Assembly: GCA_950097015.1 (NCBI GenBank)
Contig: CATNEN010000025.1
Location: 7,750,001 to 7,814,000, forward strand
Origin: Macrostomum hystrix
Taxonomy: Eukaryota; Animalia; Platyhelminthes
Length of the DNA stretch: 64,000 nucleotides
Reading direction: 5' to 3'
A program made the translations under genes and the position numbers. Below are positions 22,001 to 34,434 of this stretch, in pieces (the stretch's first letter is position 1; every line of letters starts with the position of its first letter). Below the pieces are notes generated by a model, which saw only the letters and a program-made list of their open reading frames with translations, had not been told where the DNA came from and did no database searches.

Positions 22001-25000
22001 CCTGAGGATCAGGGAGGGTTGTGTTCTAAACCTGAGGATCAGGGAGGGTTGTGTTCTAAACCTGAGGATCAGGGAGGGTTGTGTTCTAAACATGAGGATC
22101 AGGGAGGGTTGTGTTCTAAACATGAGGATCAGGGAGGGTTGTGTTCTAAACCTGAGGATCAGGGAGGGTTGTGTTCTAAACCTGAGGATCAGGGAGGGTT
22201 GTGTTCTAAACCTGAGGATCAGGGAGGGTTGTGTTCTAAACCTGAGGATCTGGGAGGGTTGTGTTCTAAACATGAGGATCAGGGAGGGTTGTGTTCTAAA
22301 CATGAGGATCTGGGAGGGTTGTGTTCTAAACATGAGGATCTTGGAGGGTTGTGTTCTAAACATGAGGATCAGGGAGGGTTGTGTTCTAAACCTGAGGATC
22401 TGGGAGGGTTGTGTTCTAAACATGAGGATCAGGGAGGGTTGTGTTCTAAACCTGAGGATCTGGGAGGGTTGTGTTCTAAACCTGAGGATCAGGGAGGGTT
22501 GTGTTCTAAACCTGAGGATCTGGGAGGGTTGTGTTCTAAACCTGAGGATCAGGGAGGGTTGTGTTCTAAACCTGAGGATCAGGGAGGTTGTGTTCTAAAC
22601 CTGAGGATCAGGGAGGGTTGTGTTCTAAACCTGAGGATCAGGGAGGGTTGTGTTCTAAACATGAGGATCTGGGAGGGTTGTGTTCTAAACCTGAGGATCA
22701 GGGAGGGTTGTGTTCTAAACATGAGGATCAGGGAGGGTTGTGTTCTAAACATGAGGATCAGGGAGGGTTGTGTTCTAAACCTGAGGATCAGGGAGGGTTG
22801 TGTTCTAAACCTGAGGATCTGGGAGGGTTGTGTTCTAAACCTGAGGATCTGGGAGGGTTGTGTTCTAAACCTGAGGATCTGGGAGGGTTGTGTTCTAAAC
22901 ATGAGGATCAGGGAGGGTTGTGTTCTAAACCTGAGAATCAGGGAGGGTTGTGTTCTAAACATGAGGATCTTGGAGGGTTGTGTTCTAAACATGAGGATCA
23001 GGGAGGGTTGTGTTCTAAACCTGAGGATCTGGGAGGGTTGTGTTCTAAACATGAGGATCAGGGAGGGTTGTGTTCTAAACCTGAGGATCTGGGAGGGTTG
23101 TGTTCTAAACCTGAGGATCAGGGAGGGTTGTGTTCTAAACCTGAGGATCTGGGAGGGTTGTGTTCTAAACCTGAGGATCAGGGAGGGTTGTGTTCTAAAC
23201 CTGAGGATCAGGGAGGTTGTGTTCTAAACCTGAGGATCAGGGAGGGTTGTGTTCTAAACCTGAGGATCAGGGAGGGTTGTGTTCTAAACATGAGGATCAG
23301 GGAGGGTTGTGTTCTAAACATGAGGATCAGGGAGGGTTGTGTTCTAAACATGAGGATCAGTGAGGGTTGTGTTCTAAACATGAGGATCAGGGAGGGTTGT
23401 GTTCTAAACATGAGGATCAGGGAGGGTTGTGTTCTAAACATGAGGATCTGGGAGGGTTGTGTTCTAAACCTGAGGATCTGGGAGGGTTGTGTTCTAATCA
23501 GGGAGGGTTGTGTTCTAAACATGAGGATCTTGGAGGGTTGTGTTCTAAACATGAGGATCAGGGAGGGTTGTGTTCTAAACCTGAGGATCAGGGAGGGTTG
23601 TGTTCTAAACATGAGGATCAGGGAGGGTTGTGTTCTAAACCTGAGGATCTGGGAGGGTTGTGTTCTAAACCTGAGGATCAGGGAGGGTTGTGTTCTAAAC
23701 ATGAGGATCAGGGAGGGTTGTGTTCTAAACCTGAGGATCAGGGAGGGTTGTGTTCTAAACCTGAGGATCAGGGAGGGTTGTGTTCTAAACCTGAGGATCA
23801 GGGAGGGTTGTGTTCTAAACATGAGGATCAGGGAGGGTTGTGTTCTAAACATGAGGATCAGGGAGGGTTGTGTTCTAAACCTGAGGATCAGGGAGGGTTG
23901 TGTTCTAAACATGAGGATCAGGGAGGGTTGTGTTCTAAACATGAGGATCAGGGAGGGTTGTGTTCTAAACATGAGGATCTGGGAGGGTTGTGTTCTAAAC
24001 ATGAGGATCAGGGAGGGTTGTGTTCTAAACATGAGGATCAGGGAGGGTTGTGTTCTAAACATGAGGATCAGGGAGGGTTGTGTTCTAAACCTGAGGATCA
24101 GGGAGGGTTGTGTTCTAAACCTGAGGATCAGGGGGGTTGTGTTCTAAACCTGAGGATCAGGGAGGGTTTGTGTTCTAAACCTGAGGATCAGGGAGGGTTG
24201 TGTTCTAAACCTGAGGATCAGGGAGGGTTGTGTTCTAAACATGAGGATCAGGGAGGGTTGTGTTCTAAACATGAGGATCAGGGAGGGTTGTGTTCTAAAC
24301 CTGAGGATCAGGGAGGGTTGTGTTCTAAACCTGAGGATCAGGGAGGGTTGTGTTCTAAACCTGAGGATCAGGGAGGGTTGTGTTCTAAACCTGAGGATCT
24401 GGGAGGGTTGTGTTCTAAACATGAGGATCAGGGAGGGTTGTGTTCTAAACATGAGGATCTGGGAGGGTTGTGTTCTAAACATGAGGATCTTGGAGGGTTG
24501 TGTTCTAAACATGAGGATCAGGGAGGGTTGTGTTCTAAACCTGAGGATCTGGGAGGGTTGTGTTCTAAACATGAGGATCAGGGAGGGTTGTGTTCTAAAC
24601 CTGAGGATCTGGGAGGGTTGTGTTCTAAACCTGAGGATCAGGGAGGGTTGTGTTCTAAACCTGAGGATCTGGGAGGGTTGTGTTCTAAACCTGAGGATCA
24701 GGGAGGGTTGTGTTCTAAACCTGAGGATCAGGGAGGTTGTGTTCTAAACCTGAGGATCAGGGAGGGTTGTGTTCTAAACCTGAGGATCAGGGAGGGTTGT
24801 GTTCTAAACATGAGGATCTGGGAGGGTTGTGTTCTAAACCTGAGGATCAGGGAGGGTTGTGTTCTAAACATGAGGATCAGGGAGGGTTGTGTTCTAAACA
24901 TGAGGATCAGGGAGGGTTGTGTTCTAAACCTGAGGATCAGGGAGGGTTGTGTTCTAAACCTGAGGATCTGGGAGGGTTGTGTTCTAAACCTGAGGATCTG

Positions 25001-28000
25001 GGAGGGTTGTGTTCTAAACCTGAGGATCTGGGAGGGTTGTGTTCTAAACATGAGGATCAGGGAGGGTTGTGTTCTAAACCTGAGAATCAGGGAGGGTTGT
25101 GTTCTAAACATGAGGATCTTGGAGGGTTGTGTTCTAAACATGAGGATCAGGGAGGGTTGTGTTCTAAACCTGAGGATCTGGGAGGGTTGTGTTCTAAACA
25201 TGAGGATCAGGGAGGGTTGTGTTCTAAACCTGAGGATCTGGGAGGGTTGTGTTCTAAACCTGAGGATCAGGGAGGGTTGTGTTCTAAACCTGAGGATCTG
25301 GGAGGGTTGTGTTCTAAACCTGAGGATCAGGGAGGGTTGTGTTCTAAACCTGAGGATCAGGGAGGGTTGTGTTCTAAACCTGAGGATCAGGGAGGGTTGT
25401 GTTCTAAACCTGAGGATCAGGGAGGGTTGTGTTCTAAACATGAGGATCAGGGAGGGTTGTGTTCTAAACATGAGGATCTGGGAGGGTTGTGTTCTAAACC
25501 TGAGGATCAGGGAGGGTTGTGTTCTAAACCTGAGGATCAGGGAGGGTTGTGTTCTAAACATGAGGATCAGGGAGGGTTGTGTTCTAAACATGAGGATCAG
25601 GGAGGGTTGTGTTCTAAACATGAGGATCAGGGAGGGTTGTGTTCTAAACATGAGGATCAGTGAGGGTTGTGTTCTAAACCTGAGGATCAGGGAGGGTTTT
25701 GTTCTAAACATGAGGATCAGGGAGGGTTGTGTTCTAAACCTGAGAATCAGGGAGGGTTGTGTTCTAAACATGAGGATCAGGGAGGGTTGTGTTCTAAACC
25801 TGAGGATCAGGGAGGGTTGTGTTCTAAACCTGAGGATCTGGGAGGGTTGTGTTCTAAACCTGAGGATCAGGGAGGGTTGTGTTCTAAACATGAGGATCAG
25901 GGAGGGTTGTGTTCTAAACATGAGGATCAGGGAGGGTTGTGTTCTAAACATGAGGATCAGTGAGGGTTGTGTTCTAAACCTGAGGATCAGGGAGGGTTGT
26001 GTTCTAAACCTGAGGATCAGGGAGGGTTGTGTTCTAAACATGAGGATCTGGGAGGGTTGTGTTCTAAACCTGAGGATCTGGGAGGGTTGTGTTCTAATCA
26101 GGGAGGGTTGTGTTCTAAACATGAGGATCTTGGAGGGTTGTGTTCTAAACCTGAGGATCAGGGAGGGTTGTGTTCTAAACCTGAGGATCTGGGAGGGTTG
26201 TGTTCTAAACCTGAGGATCTGGGAGGGTTGTGTTCTAAACCTGAGGATCTGGGAGGGTTGTGTTCTAAACATGAGGATCAGGGAGGGTTGTGTTCTAAAC
26301 CTGAGGATCTGGGAGGGTTGTGTTCTAAACATGAGGATCTTGGAGGGTTGTGTTCTAAACATGAGGATCAGGGAGGGTTGTGTTCTAAACCTGAGGATCT
26401 GGGAGGGTTGTGTTCTAAACATGAGGATCAGGGAGGGTTGTGTTCTAAACCTGAGGATCTGGGAGGGTTGTGTTCTAAACCTGAGGATCAGGGAGGGTTG
26501 TGTTCTAAACCTGAGGATCTGGGAGGGTTGTGTTCTAAACCTGAGGATCAGGGAGGGTTGTGTTCTAAACCTGAGGATCTAGGAGGGTTGTGTTCTAAAC
26601 CTGAGGATCTGGGAGGGTTGTGTTCTAAACCTGAGGATCTGGGAGGGTTGTGTTCTAAACATGAGGATCAGGGAGGGTTGTGTTCTAAACCTGAGAATCA
26701 GGGAGGGTTGTGTTCTAAACATGAGGATCTTGGAGGGTTGTGTTCTAAACATGAGGATCAGGGAGGGTTGTGTTCTAAACCTGAGGATCTGGGAGGGTTG
26801 TGTTCTAAACATGAGGATCAGGGAGGGTTGTGTTCTAAACCTGAGGATCTGGGAGGGTTGTGTTCTAAACCTGAGGATCAGGGAGGGTTGTGTTCTAAAC
26901 CTGAGGATCTGGGAGGGTTGTGTTCTAAACCTGAGGATCAGGGAGGGTTGTGTTCTAAACCTGAGGATCAGGGAGGTTTTGTTCTAAACCTGAGGATCAG
27001 GGAGGGTTGTGTTCTAAACCTGAGGATCAGGGAGGGTTGTGTTCTAAACATGAGGATCAGGGAGGGTTGTGTTCTAAACATGAGGATCTGGGAGGGTTGT
27101 GTTCTAAACCTGAGGATCAGGGAGGGTTGTGTTCTAAACCTGAGGATCAGGGAGGGTTGTGTTCTAAACCTGAGGATCAGGGAGGGTTGTGTTCTTAACA
27201 TGAGGATCAGGGAGGGTTGTGTTCTAAACATGAGGATCAGGGAGGGTTGTGTTCTAAACATGAGGATCAGTGAGGGTTGTGTTCTAAACCTGAGGATCAG
27301 GGAGGGTTGTGTTCTAAACATGAGGATCAGGGAGGGTTGTGTTCTAAACCTGAGAATCAGGGAGGGTTGTGTTCTAAACATGAGGATCAGGGAGGGTTGT
27401 GTTCTAAACATGAGGATCAGGGAGGGTTGTGTTCTAAACCTGAGGATCAGGGAGGGTTGTGTTCTAAACCTGAGGATCAGGGAGGGTTGTGTTCTAAACC
27501 TGAGGATCAGGGAGGGTTGTGTTCTAAACATGAGGATCAGGGAGGGTTGTGTTCTAAACATGAGGATCAGGGAGGGTTGTGTTCTAAACATGAGGATCAG
27601 TGAGGGTTGTGTTCTAAACCTGAGGATCAGGGAGGGTTGTGTTCTAAACCTGAGGATCAGGGAGGGTTGTGTTCTAAACATGAGGATCTGGGAGGGTTGT
27701 GTTCTAAACCTGAGGATCTGGGAGGGTTGTGTTCTAATCAGGGAGGGTTGTGTTCTAAACATGAGGATCTTGGAGGGTTGTGTTCTAAACATGAGGATCA
27801 GGGAGGGTTGTGTTCTAAACCTGAGGATCTGGGAGGGTTGTGTTCTAAACATGAGGATCAGGGAGGGTTGTGTTCTAAACCTGAGGATCTGGGAGGGTTG
27901 TGTTCTAAACCTGAGGATCAGGGAGGGTTGTGTTCTAAACATGAGGATCAGGGAGGGTTGTGTTCTAAACCTGAGGATCAGGGAGGGTTGTGTTCTAAAC

Positions 28001-29130
28001 CTGAGGATCAGGGAGGGTTGTGTTCTAAACCTGAGGATCAGGGAGGGTTGTGTTCTAAACATGAGGATCAGGGAGGGTTGTGTTCTAAACATGAGGATCA
28101 GGGAGGGTTGTGTTCTAAACATGAGGATCAGGGAGGGTTGTGTTCTAAACATGAGGATCAGGGAGGGTTGTGTTCTAAACATGAGGATCAGGGAGGGTTG
28201 TGTTCTAAACCTGAGGATCAGGGGGGTTGTGTTCTAAACCTGAGGATCAGGGAGGGTTGTGTTCTAAACCTGAGGATCAGGGAGGGTTGTGTTCTAAACC
28301 TGAGGATCAGGGAGGGTTGTGTTCTAAACATGAGGATCAGGGAGGGTTGTGTTCTAAACATGAGGATCAGGGAGGGTTGTGTTCTAAACCTGAGGATCAG
28401 GGAGGGTTGTGTTCTAAACCTGAGGATCTGGGAGGGTTGTGTTCTAAACCTGAGGATCAGGGAGGGTTGTGTTCTAAACCTGAGGATCTGGGAGGGTTGT
28501 GTTCTAAACATGAGGATCAGGGAGGGTTGTGTTCTAAACATGAGGATCTGGGAGGGTTGTGTTCTAAACATGAGGATCTTGGAGGGTTGTGTTCTAAACA
28601 TGAGGATCAGGGAGGGTTGTGTTCTAAACATGAGGATCAGGGAGGGTTGTGTTCTAAACCTGAGGATCTGGGAGGGTTGTGTTCTAAACCTGAGGATCAG
28701 GGAGGGTTGTGTTCTAAACCTGAGGATCTGGGAGGGTTGTGTTCTAAACCTGAGGATCAGGGAGGGTTGTGTTCTAAACCTGAGGATCAGGGAGGTTGTG
28801 TTCTAAACCTGAGGATCAGGGAGGGTTGTGTTCTAAACCTGAGGATCAGGGGGGTTGTGTTCTAAACATGAGGATCTGGGAGGGTTGTGTTCTAAACCTG
28901 AGGATCAGGGAGGGTTGTGTTCTAAACCTGAGGATCAGGGAGGTTGTGTTCTAAACCTGAGGATCAGGGAGGGTTGTGTTCTAGACATGAGGATCTGGGA
29001 GGGTTGTGTTCTAAACATGAGGATCTGGGAGGGTTGTGTTCTAAACCTGAGGATCAGGGAGGGTTGTATCCTTCGCCTGAGGATCAGGGAGGGTTGTATC
29101 CTTAGCGCGAGGATCTGGGAGGGTTGTCCT
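19050..29130 (+). repeat. 10-kb 30-bp minisatellite (~335 copies) upstream of or within TTC28
   Basis: Unit GGGAGGGTTGTGTTCTAAAC[A/C]TGAGGATC[A/T], with recurring rare variants. Confidence 0.99.
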
Positions 29131-29510
29131 ACACCTGAGGATCCTTCAGCGTGGTATACAAAGACACAAATTCCTAGCAGCGAATTAAAAATCCTTAGGT
29201 CTTGCTAGATCTCAGCAGTCACGCTTCCAGCGACCCCGGGTTCACTCTCCACTATTCTGGGAGATTGGATTTCATCTCAGAGGTTCGCAGACGATCGTCA
29301 ACTAGGCAGAGTCTCAACTGGCAACTTTTTCCGCAAATTAGAAATTCAGAAATCTGATACAACTGCCCGCTAGGTGTCAGCGGTGCCAAAGCACCTTTCA
29401 CAGTCTTTCTCTGTATGCTAATCGGGAATTTTTTAATGCCATTTTCATAGGCTTCTTTGTTTGACACTGAAGCATTTGCAGTCTTCTTTGTGTGCTTTAA
29501 TGTGGCTAGT

Positions 29511-29920
29511 TTCATGAGTGAGTTCATGAGTGAGTTCATGAGTGAGTTCATGAGTGAGTTCATGAGTGAGTTCATGAGTGAGTTCATGAGTGAGTTCATG
29601 AGTGAGTTCATGAGTGAGTTCATGAGTGAGTTCATGAGTGAGTTCATGAGTGAGTTCATGAGTGAGTTCATGAGTGAGTTCATGAGTGAGTTCATGAGTG
29701 AGTTCATGAGTGAGTTCATGGGTGAGTTCATGAGTGAGTTCATGAGTGAGTTCATGAGTGAGTTCATGAGTGAGTTCATGAGTGAGTTCATGAGTGAGTT
29801 CATGGGTGAGTTCATGAGTGAGTTCATGAGTGAGTTCATGAGTGAGTTCATGAGTGAGTTCATGAGTGAGTTCATGAGTGAGTTCATGGGTGAGTTCATG
29901 AGTGAGTTCATGAGTGAGTT
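29511..29920 (+). repeat. 12-bp minisatellite (ATGAGTGAGTTC)n
   Basis: Direct reading; about 34 copies. Confidence 0.97.
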
Positions 29921-30529
29921 TATTTGCTCATGAATGCTGAGTGAATGGGAGATTGAATGAAATACAGGAGGAAAAGGAAACAGAATGTTCGTTAACACTG
30001 ATGAAAATAGTAAAAATGAAGTGAAAAAAAGACAGGTCGTTTTGGGAAGCCAAATTGCCAGGAGAGAAATAGACACAAGAATAAAACAAGACGGTCTTGA
30101 AGAGAAATAATAGTAGGAGCAAAAACACTTGCGCAATTATTGGCGAAAATGTGCGACCAAAAACTTCCCAGCAAAGTGGCAGCCTTTTTGCTGAATCAGC
30201 TGCCTTCTAAAGCCATTGGTCGCTGAGGTGCGAATTCAAGTGGTTGCCATGCAATTACGAATCGCTTTTCAGTAGATAGAAGGAGACAGTGCCTGGTATT
30301 TGCCTATTTGCACGCTGATGCCACTACCCAGAAGCTTTGCAGAAAGACATAATTGCTAACTTGATTGCCATAACTGCGCATTTGACTATGGGGAACCGGG
30401 CAATCGAGAGCTTCTAGGAGCTAAAAAGGAAATTATATTAACATTTTTTTGGCGACACGTCTTAGCACATTCCTGGCTTAGTGCTAAAACTCTCTCATTG
30501 ACACCAAAAAATCGATTCAATCTTCAATC

Positions 30530-31140
30530 AAACTTCAATCAATCAACCCGAAACTTCAATCAGTCAACCCGAAAATTCAATCAGTCAACCCGAAACTTCA
30601 ATCAGTCATCCCGAAACTTCAATCAGTCATCCCGAAACTTCAATCAGCCAGCCCGAAAATTCAATCAGTCATCCCGAAACTTCAATCAGTCAACCCGAAA
30701 ATTCAATCAGCCAACCCGAAAATTCAATCAGTCATCCCGAAACTTTAAGCAGTCATCCCGAAAATTCAATCAGCCAACCCGAAAATTCAATCAGCCAACC
30801 CGAAAATTCAATCAGTCATCCCGAAACTTTAATCAGTCATCCCGAAACTTTAATCAGTCAACCCGAAACTTTAATCAGTCAACCCGAAACTTTAATCAGT
30901 CAACCCGAAACTTTAATCAGTCAACCCGAAACTTTAATCAGTCAACCCGAAACTTCAATCAGTCAACCCGAAAATTCAATCAGCCAACCCGAAAATTCAA
31001 TCAGCCAACCCAAAAATTCAATCAGTCATCCCGAAACTTCAGTCAGTCAACCCGAAAATTCAATCAGCCAACCCGAAACTTTAATCAGTCAACCCGAAAC
31101 TTTAATCAGTCAACCCAAAACTTTCAATCAGTCATCCCGA
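30530..31140 (+). repeat. 21-bp minisatellite (AATCAGTCAACCCGAAACTTC)
   Basis: Direct reading. Confidence 0.95.
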
Positions 31141-31654
31141 AAGTAAAAAAAGTAAGGCTGAAAAAATTCTTTCTTTGAAATGCAGGAAATAAAAGTTAGA
31201 GAATGATAGCATTACCAATTATGTCTTTTCAACATCTGGCTTTAAAAATAAAGGCATCTAAATTCCTAAAGACAAAATGATGACTTCGTTTTTTGCCCTT
31301 GTTTTGTTATTCTGTCTATACATTTAGCTATTCTTATTAGAAACTTCATTTTCTTCTATAGTCATTTTCAGTCTATACAATACACCTGCAGCAATGACAT
31401 AAATTAGTGAATTGACAAAGCCTTAAACAACGGTTTCCCATCTCTCTTATTCCCTTTATTGCGGTTTTTCTAGTCCCCGTTTTCCCTCGCTCTGGTTGGA
31501 TGACAAAACAATGCGAATTGGTTGCAGTCAGATGAGGTCAGGCAATGCTAAATAAACACAATGGGAATTAGGGGGGGAAATGCTGTATTTATTTTTGCAA
31601 TTCCTGGGTAATTAACGATTTTTTTGGATCTAATTGAACAGACTTTTAAATTTT

Positions 31655-32340
31655 AAGGAGAGAATAGCTGGCGTGACCTGAGATATGTGGGGGGAGAATG
31701 GCTGGCGTGACCTGAGATATGTGGGGGGAGAATGGCTGGCGGGACCTGAGTTTCTGGGGGGGAGAATGGCTGGCGGGACCTGAGATTCTGGGGGGGAGAA
31801 TGGCTGGCGTGACCTGAGATATGTGGGGGGAGAATGGCTGGCGGGACCTGAGTTTCTGGGGGGGGAGAATGGCTGGCGGGACCTGAGATATGTGGGGGGA
31901 GAATGGCTGGCGTGACCTGAGATATGTGGGGGGAGAATGGCTGGCGGGACCTGAGTTTCTGGGGGGGAGAATGGCTGGTGTGACCTGAGATATGTGGGGG
32001 GAGAATGGCTGGCGTGACCTGAGATATGTGGGGGGGAGAATGGCTGGTGTGACCTGAGATATGTGGGGGGAGAATGGCTGGCGTGACCTGAGATTCTGTG
32101 GGGGGAGAATGGCTGGCGTGACCTGAGATTCTGTGGGGAGAATGCTGGGTCCTGTATAAGGATCTGAGGGGGAGAATGGCGGGTCCTGTTTTAGGATCTG
32201 AGGGGGAGAATGGCGGGTCCTGTATAAGGATCTGAGGGGAAGAATGGCGGGTCCTGTTTTAGGATCTGAGGGGGAGAATGGCGGGTCCTCTATAAGGATC
32301 TGAGGGGGAGAATGGTGGGTCCTATATAAGAATCTGGGGT
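31655..32340 (+). repeat. Two fused ~34-bp minisatellites sharing GGGGGAGAATGG, starting next to the 32356 donor
   Basis: 31655-32140 unit GGGGAGAATGGCTGGCGTGACCTGAGATATGTGG; 32150-32340 unit GGATCTGAGGGGGAGAATGGCGGGTCCTGTATAA. Confidence 0.93.
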
Positions 32341-32355
32341 GTTCAGGGCACTCAC

Positions 32356-32898
32356 AGTCGCAGGTTTGGCGGCCTGGCACCTGTCAACGCTGCGCGATCG
32401 ACTTGGCCGTCGGCCGAGCTTAAACTTGATCGATGACGATGTCGCCGATGGCGTTGAAGACGCCGACGATTGCGACGAATTCGTTGAACTCGAAGATTTA
32501 GAAGACGACTTCGACGACTTCGACGACTTGGACGATTTCGACGATATCGATGAGGTGGCCTCCACGACTGCGCCGCTGTCAGCTGTGGTGGCAGCCGATA
32601 CAACCGAAGCCAACTCGGTCAAGGAACCGCCACCTCCGCGACTGCTGGACTGCGACGAAGAGCTGGCAAAGATTGACACAAGACGAAGCCCGCGACCGAA
32701 TCGACGAAGCGACACGGCTGGCGAAGCTGCTGCCGCCGCAGCAGACTGCGTCGGAGACAGCGACGTTGGCTTGGCGGCTGTCGTCAATGTCGAAGGCAAC
32801 GCTGCCTCCGCGCTAACGCCGCCTCCACCGCCGCCACCGTCCACCGTGGCCGCAGTGTTACTGTGACTACTAGGTGTAGAGTTGGCCCACTTGAGCAT
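32356..32898 (-). CDS. Low-complexity Ser/Ala-rich first coding exon (possibly the TTC28 N-terminus)
   Basis: ATG at 32898, GC-rich and open for 181 codons, ending at a consensus donor ACT|GTGAGT (phase 0). No family motif recognised. Confidence 0.55.
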
Positions 32899-33293
32899 GC
32901 TCTATCAATCAATGTGCGTCTAGCGATAATTTAACAGTCCATAGGCGAGTGAGTCACCCGGTGAGTATTTACAATCGATTCCACTGTGTGTCTATGCAGC
33001 CTTAGTAGGACTTAGTAGTAGTAGACAATGAATGCTGGCTGTTTGCTGAAGGTTGCGTAACACACAATGTCCAGAGCGTCCTCCGCTTGGCAGTCTGTGT
33101 TGGTGGGGAGGGATTTTCTCTGTCTTCCCGCGTGTGACAAAAGGCAACCACAGGTAAAAGAAAGTGAATTGATACGAGCTACAATTGGTGCGAGAGAAGC
33201 GTTAGAAATCTTTCTGGGGTCTATCCACTATAAACGGCCTTGTCCCTAGGTATTATATTCTTTTTTCTCTATCTGTTCCCCGCAAGCTCTCCG

Positions 33294-33411
33294 ATTGGCT
33301 GGCAGTTAGCCAATGTGCGTTCTGGTTTTCACACCTCTCTCTCCCGCCTCCTTCCATAGACTCGCCATTCCTCACTTTGCAGTGAGTGCAGCATGAGTAG
33401 GATCAGCCAAT
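33294..33411. promoter_or_regulatory. CCAAT-box cluster, candidate promoter of the minus-strand gene
   Basis: Inverted pair ATTGGCT-N7-AGCCAAT at 33294-33314 and a third AGCCAAT at ~33405, about 400-500 bp upstream of the ATG at 32898. Confidence 0.4.
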
Positions 33412-33607
33412 GCCTGATGCGGTGGATAAGCATTATAACTATTGCATTATCAAACTCCTAGGTTTAACGCGAAATGAACTTTTTTATGATCTCGTTATGA
33501 AGCATCAGGTCAGATGACTGCCTTTATAAGTGAGGAAACCTCGATTATAAAAGTTCACAAAAAAGGGGAATGTAAAATATGGATAAATTGTCTTTGGGTA
33601 AATGCAA

Positions 33608-33925
33608 TTATGGGACTAGGGATCATGGGACTAGGGATCATGGGACTAGGGATCATGGGACTAGGGATCATGGGACTAGGGATCATGGGACTAGGGATCA
33701 TGGGACTAGGGATCATGGGACTAGGGATCATGGGACTAGGGATCATGGGACTAGGGATCATGGGACTAGGGATCATGGGACTAGGGATCATGGGACTAGG
33801 AATCATGGGACTAGGAATCATGGGACTAGGGATCATGGGACTAGGGATCATGGGACTAGGGATCATGGGACTAGGAATCATGGGACTAGGGATCATGGGA
33901 CTAGGGATCATGGGACTAGGGAATA
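33608..33925 (+). repeat. 15-bp minisatellite (GGGACTAGGGATCAT) with canonical G-quadruplex motifs
   Basis: About 21 copies; G3-N4-G3-N5-G3-N4-G3 pattern throughout. Confidence 0.95.
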
Positions 33926-34434
33926 ACGGGGCTAGGTGATCACGGGACTAAATTTGGGATGACTAGGACAATTGATTATAGTTGGGACCTATCAAGTTCC
34001 AAGAAAGAAAATAAGAGTGATGTCAGTCCTTAAAAATGCCACAACAGACAGTAGACCATATGCCTTTACATTTACCTCTCAACCCTCTCTTTCTCTCTAT
34101 CTGTCCCTCTCTTAGATAATTAAATTAATGTGCTACCTGCTTCACTCAATTGTCACTCCATCTGTTCACACTATAGACTCTAGGTTATAATGGTTATAGT
34201 TGATACAAGAATAGAAGATTGTATTCTGGATTGAGTGTCTAGGTTCTATTGTTCGTAATACAAATATAATTTTTTTTTCTATATTCACATATACAATTTA
34301 TTAATTCACGTGGCCAATAGTTGCTGTGCCCACCCTGTTAATAATATAATCATATGTGCTATTACGTAATGCTTCATGAAAATTGACGCGTGGGCGATTT
34401 GGCTGTGGTAAAGTGGCTGACCTCCTAAATTACT

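Noticed and set aside
19050-29130. CRISPR-like array of ~30-bp direct repeats
   Set aside because: The units are contiguous with no unique spacers, no cas genes are present, and the context is eukaryotic and intronic.
19059-29208. Very long ORFs (up to 1071 aa) of CSKHEDQGGL, REGCVLNLRI or FRTQPSLILM repeats
   Set aside because: They are translations of a stop-free 30-bp minisatellite in several frames and on both strands; the ORFs switch at 1-bp unit deletions.
29385-29510. Hidden TTC28 exon between the 12-mer and 30-mer arrays
   Set aside because: The open frame shows no TPR similarity. A 16-nt micro-exon is frame-compatible but otherwise unsupported.
32339-32866. Plus-strand acidic ORF (175 aa)
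   Set aside because: It is the antisense shadow of the Ser-rich minus-strand exon, which has an ATG and a consensus GTGAGT donor.
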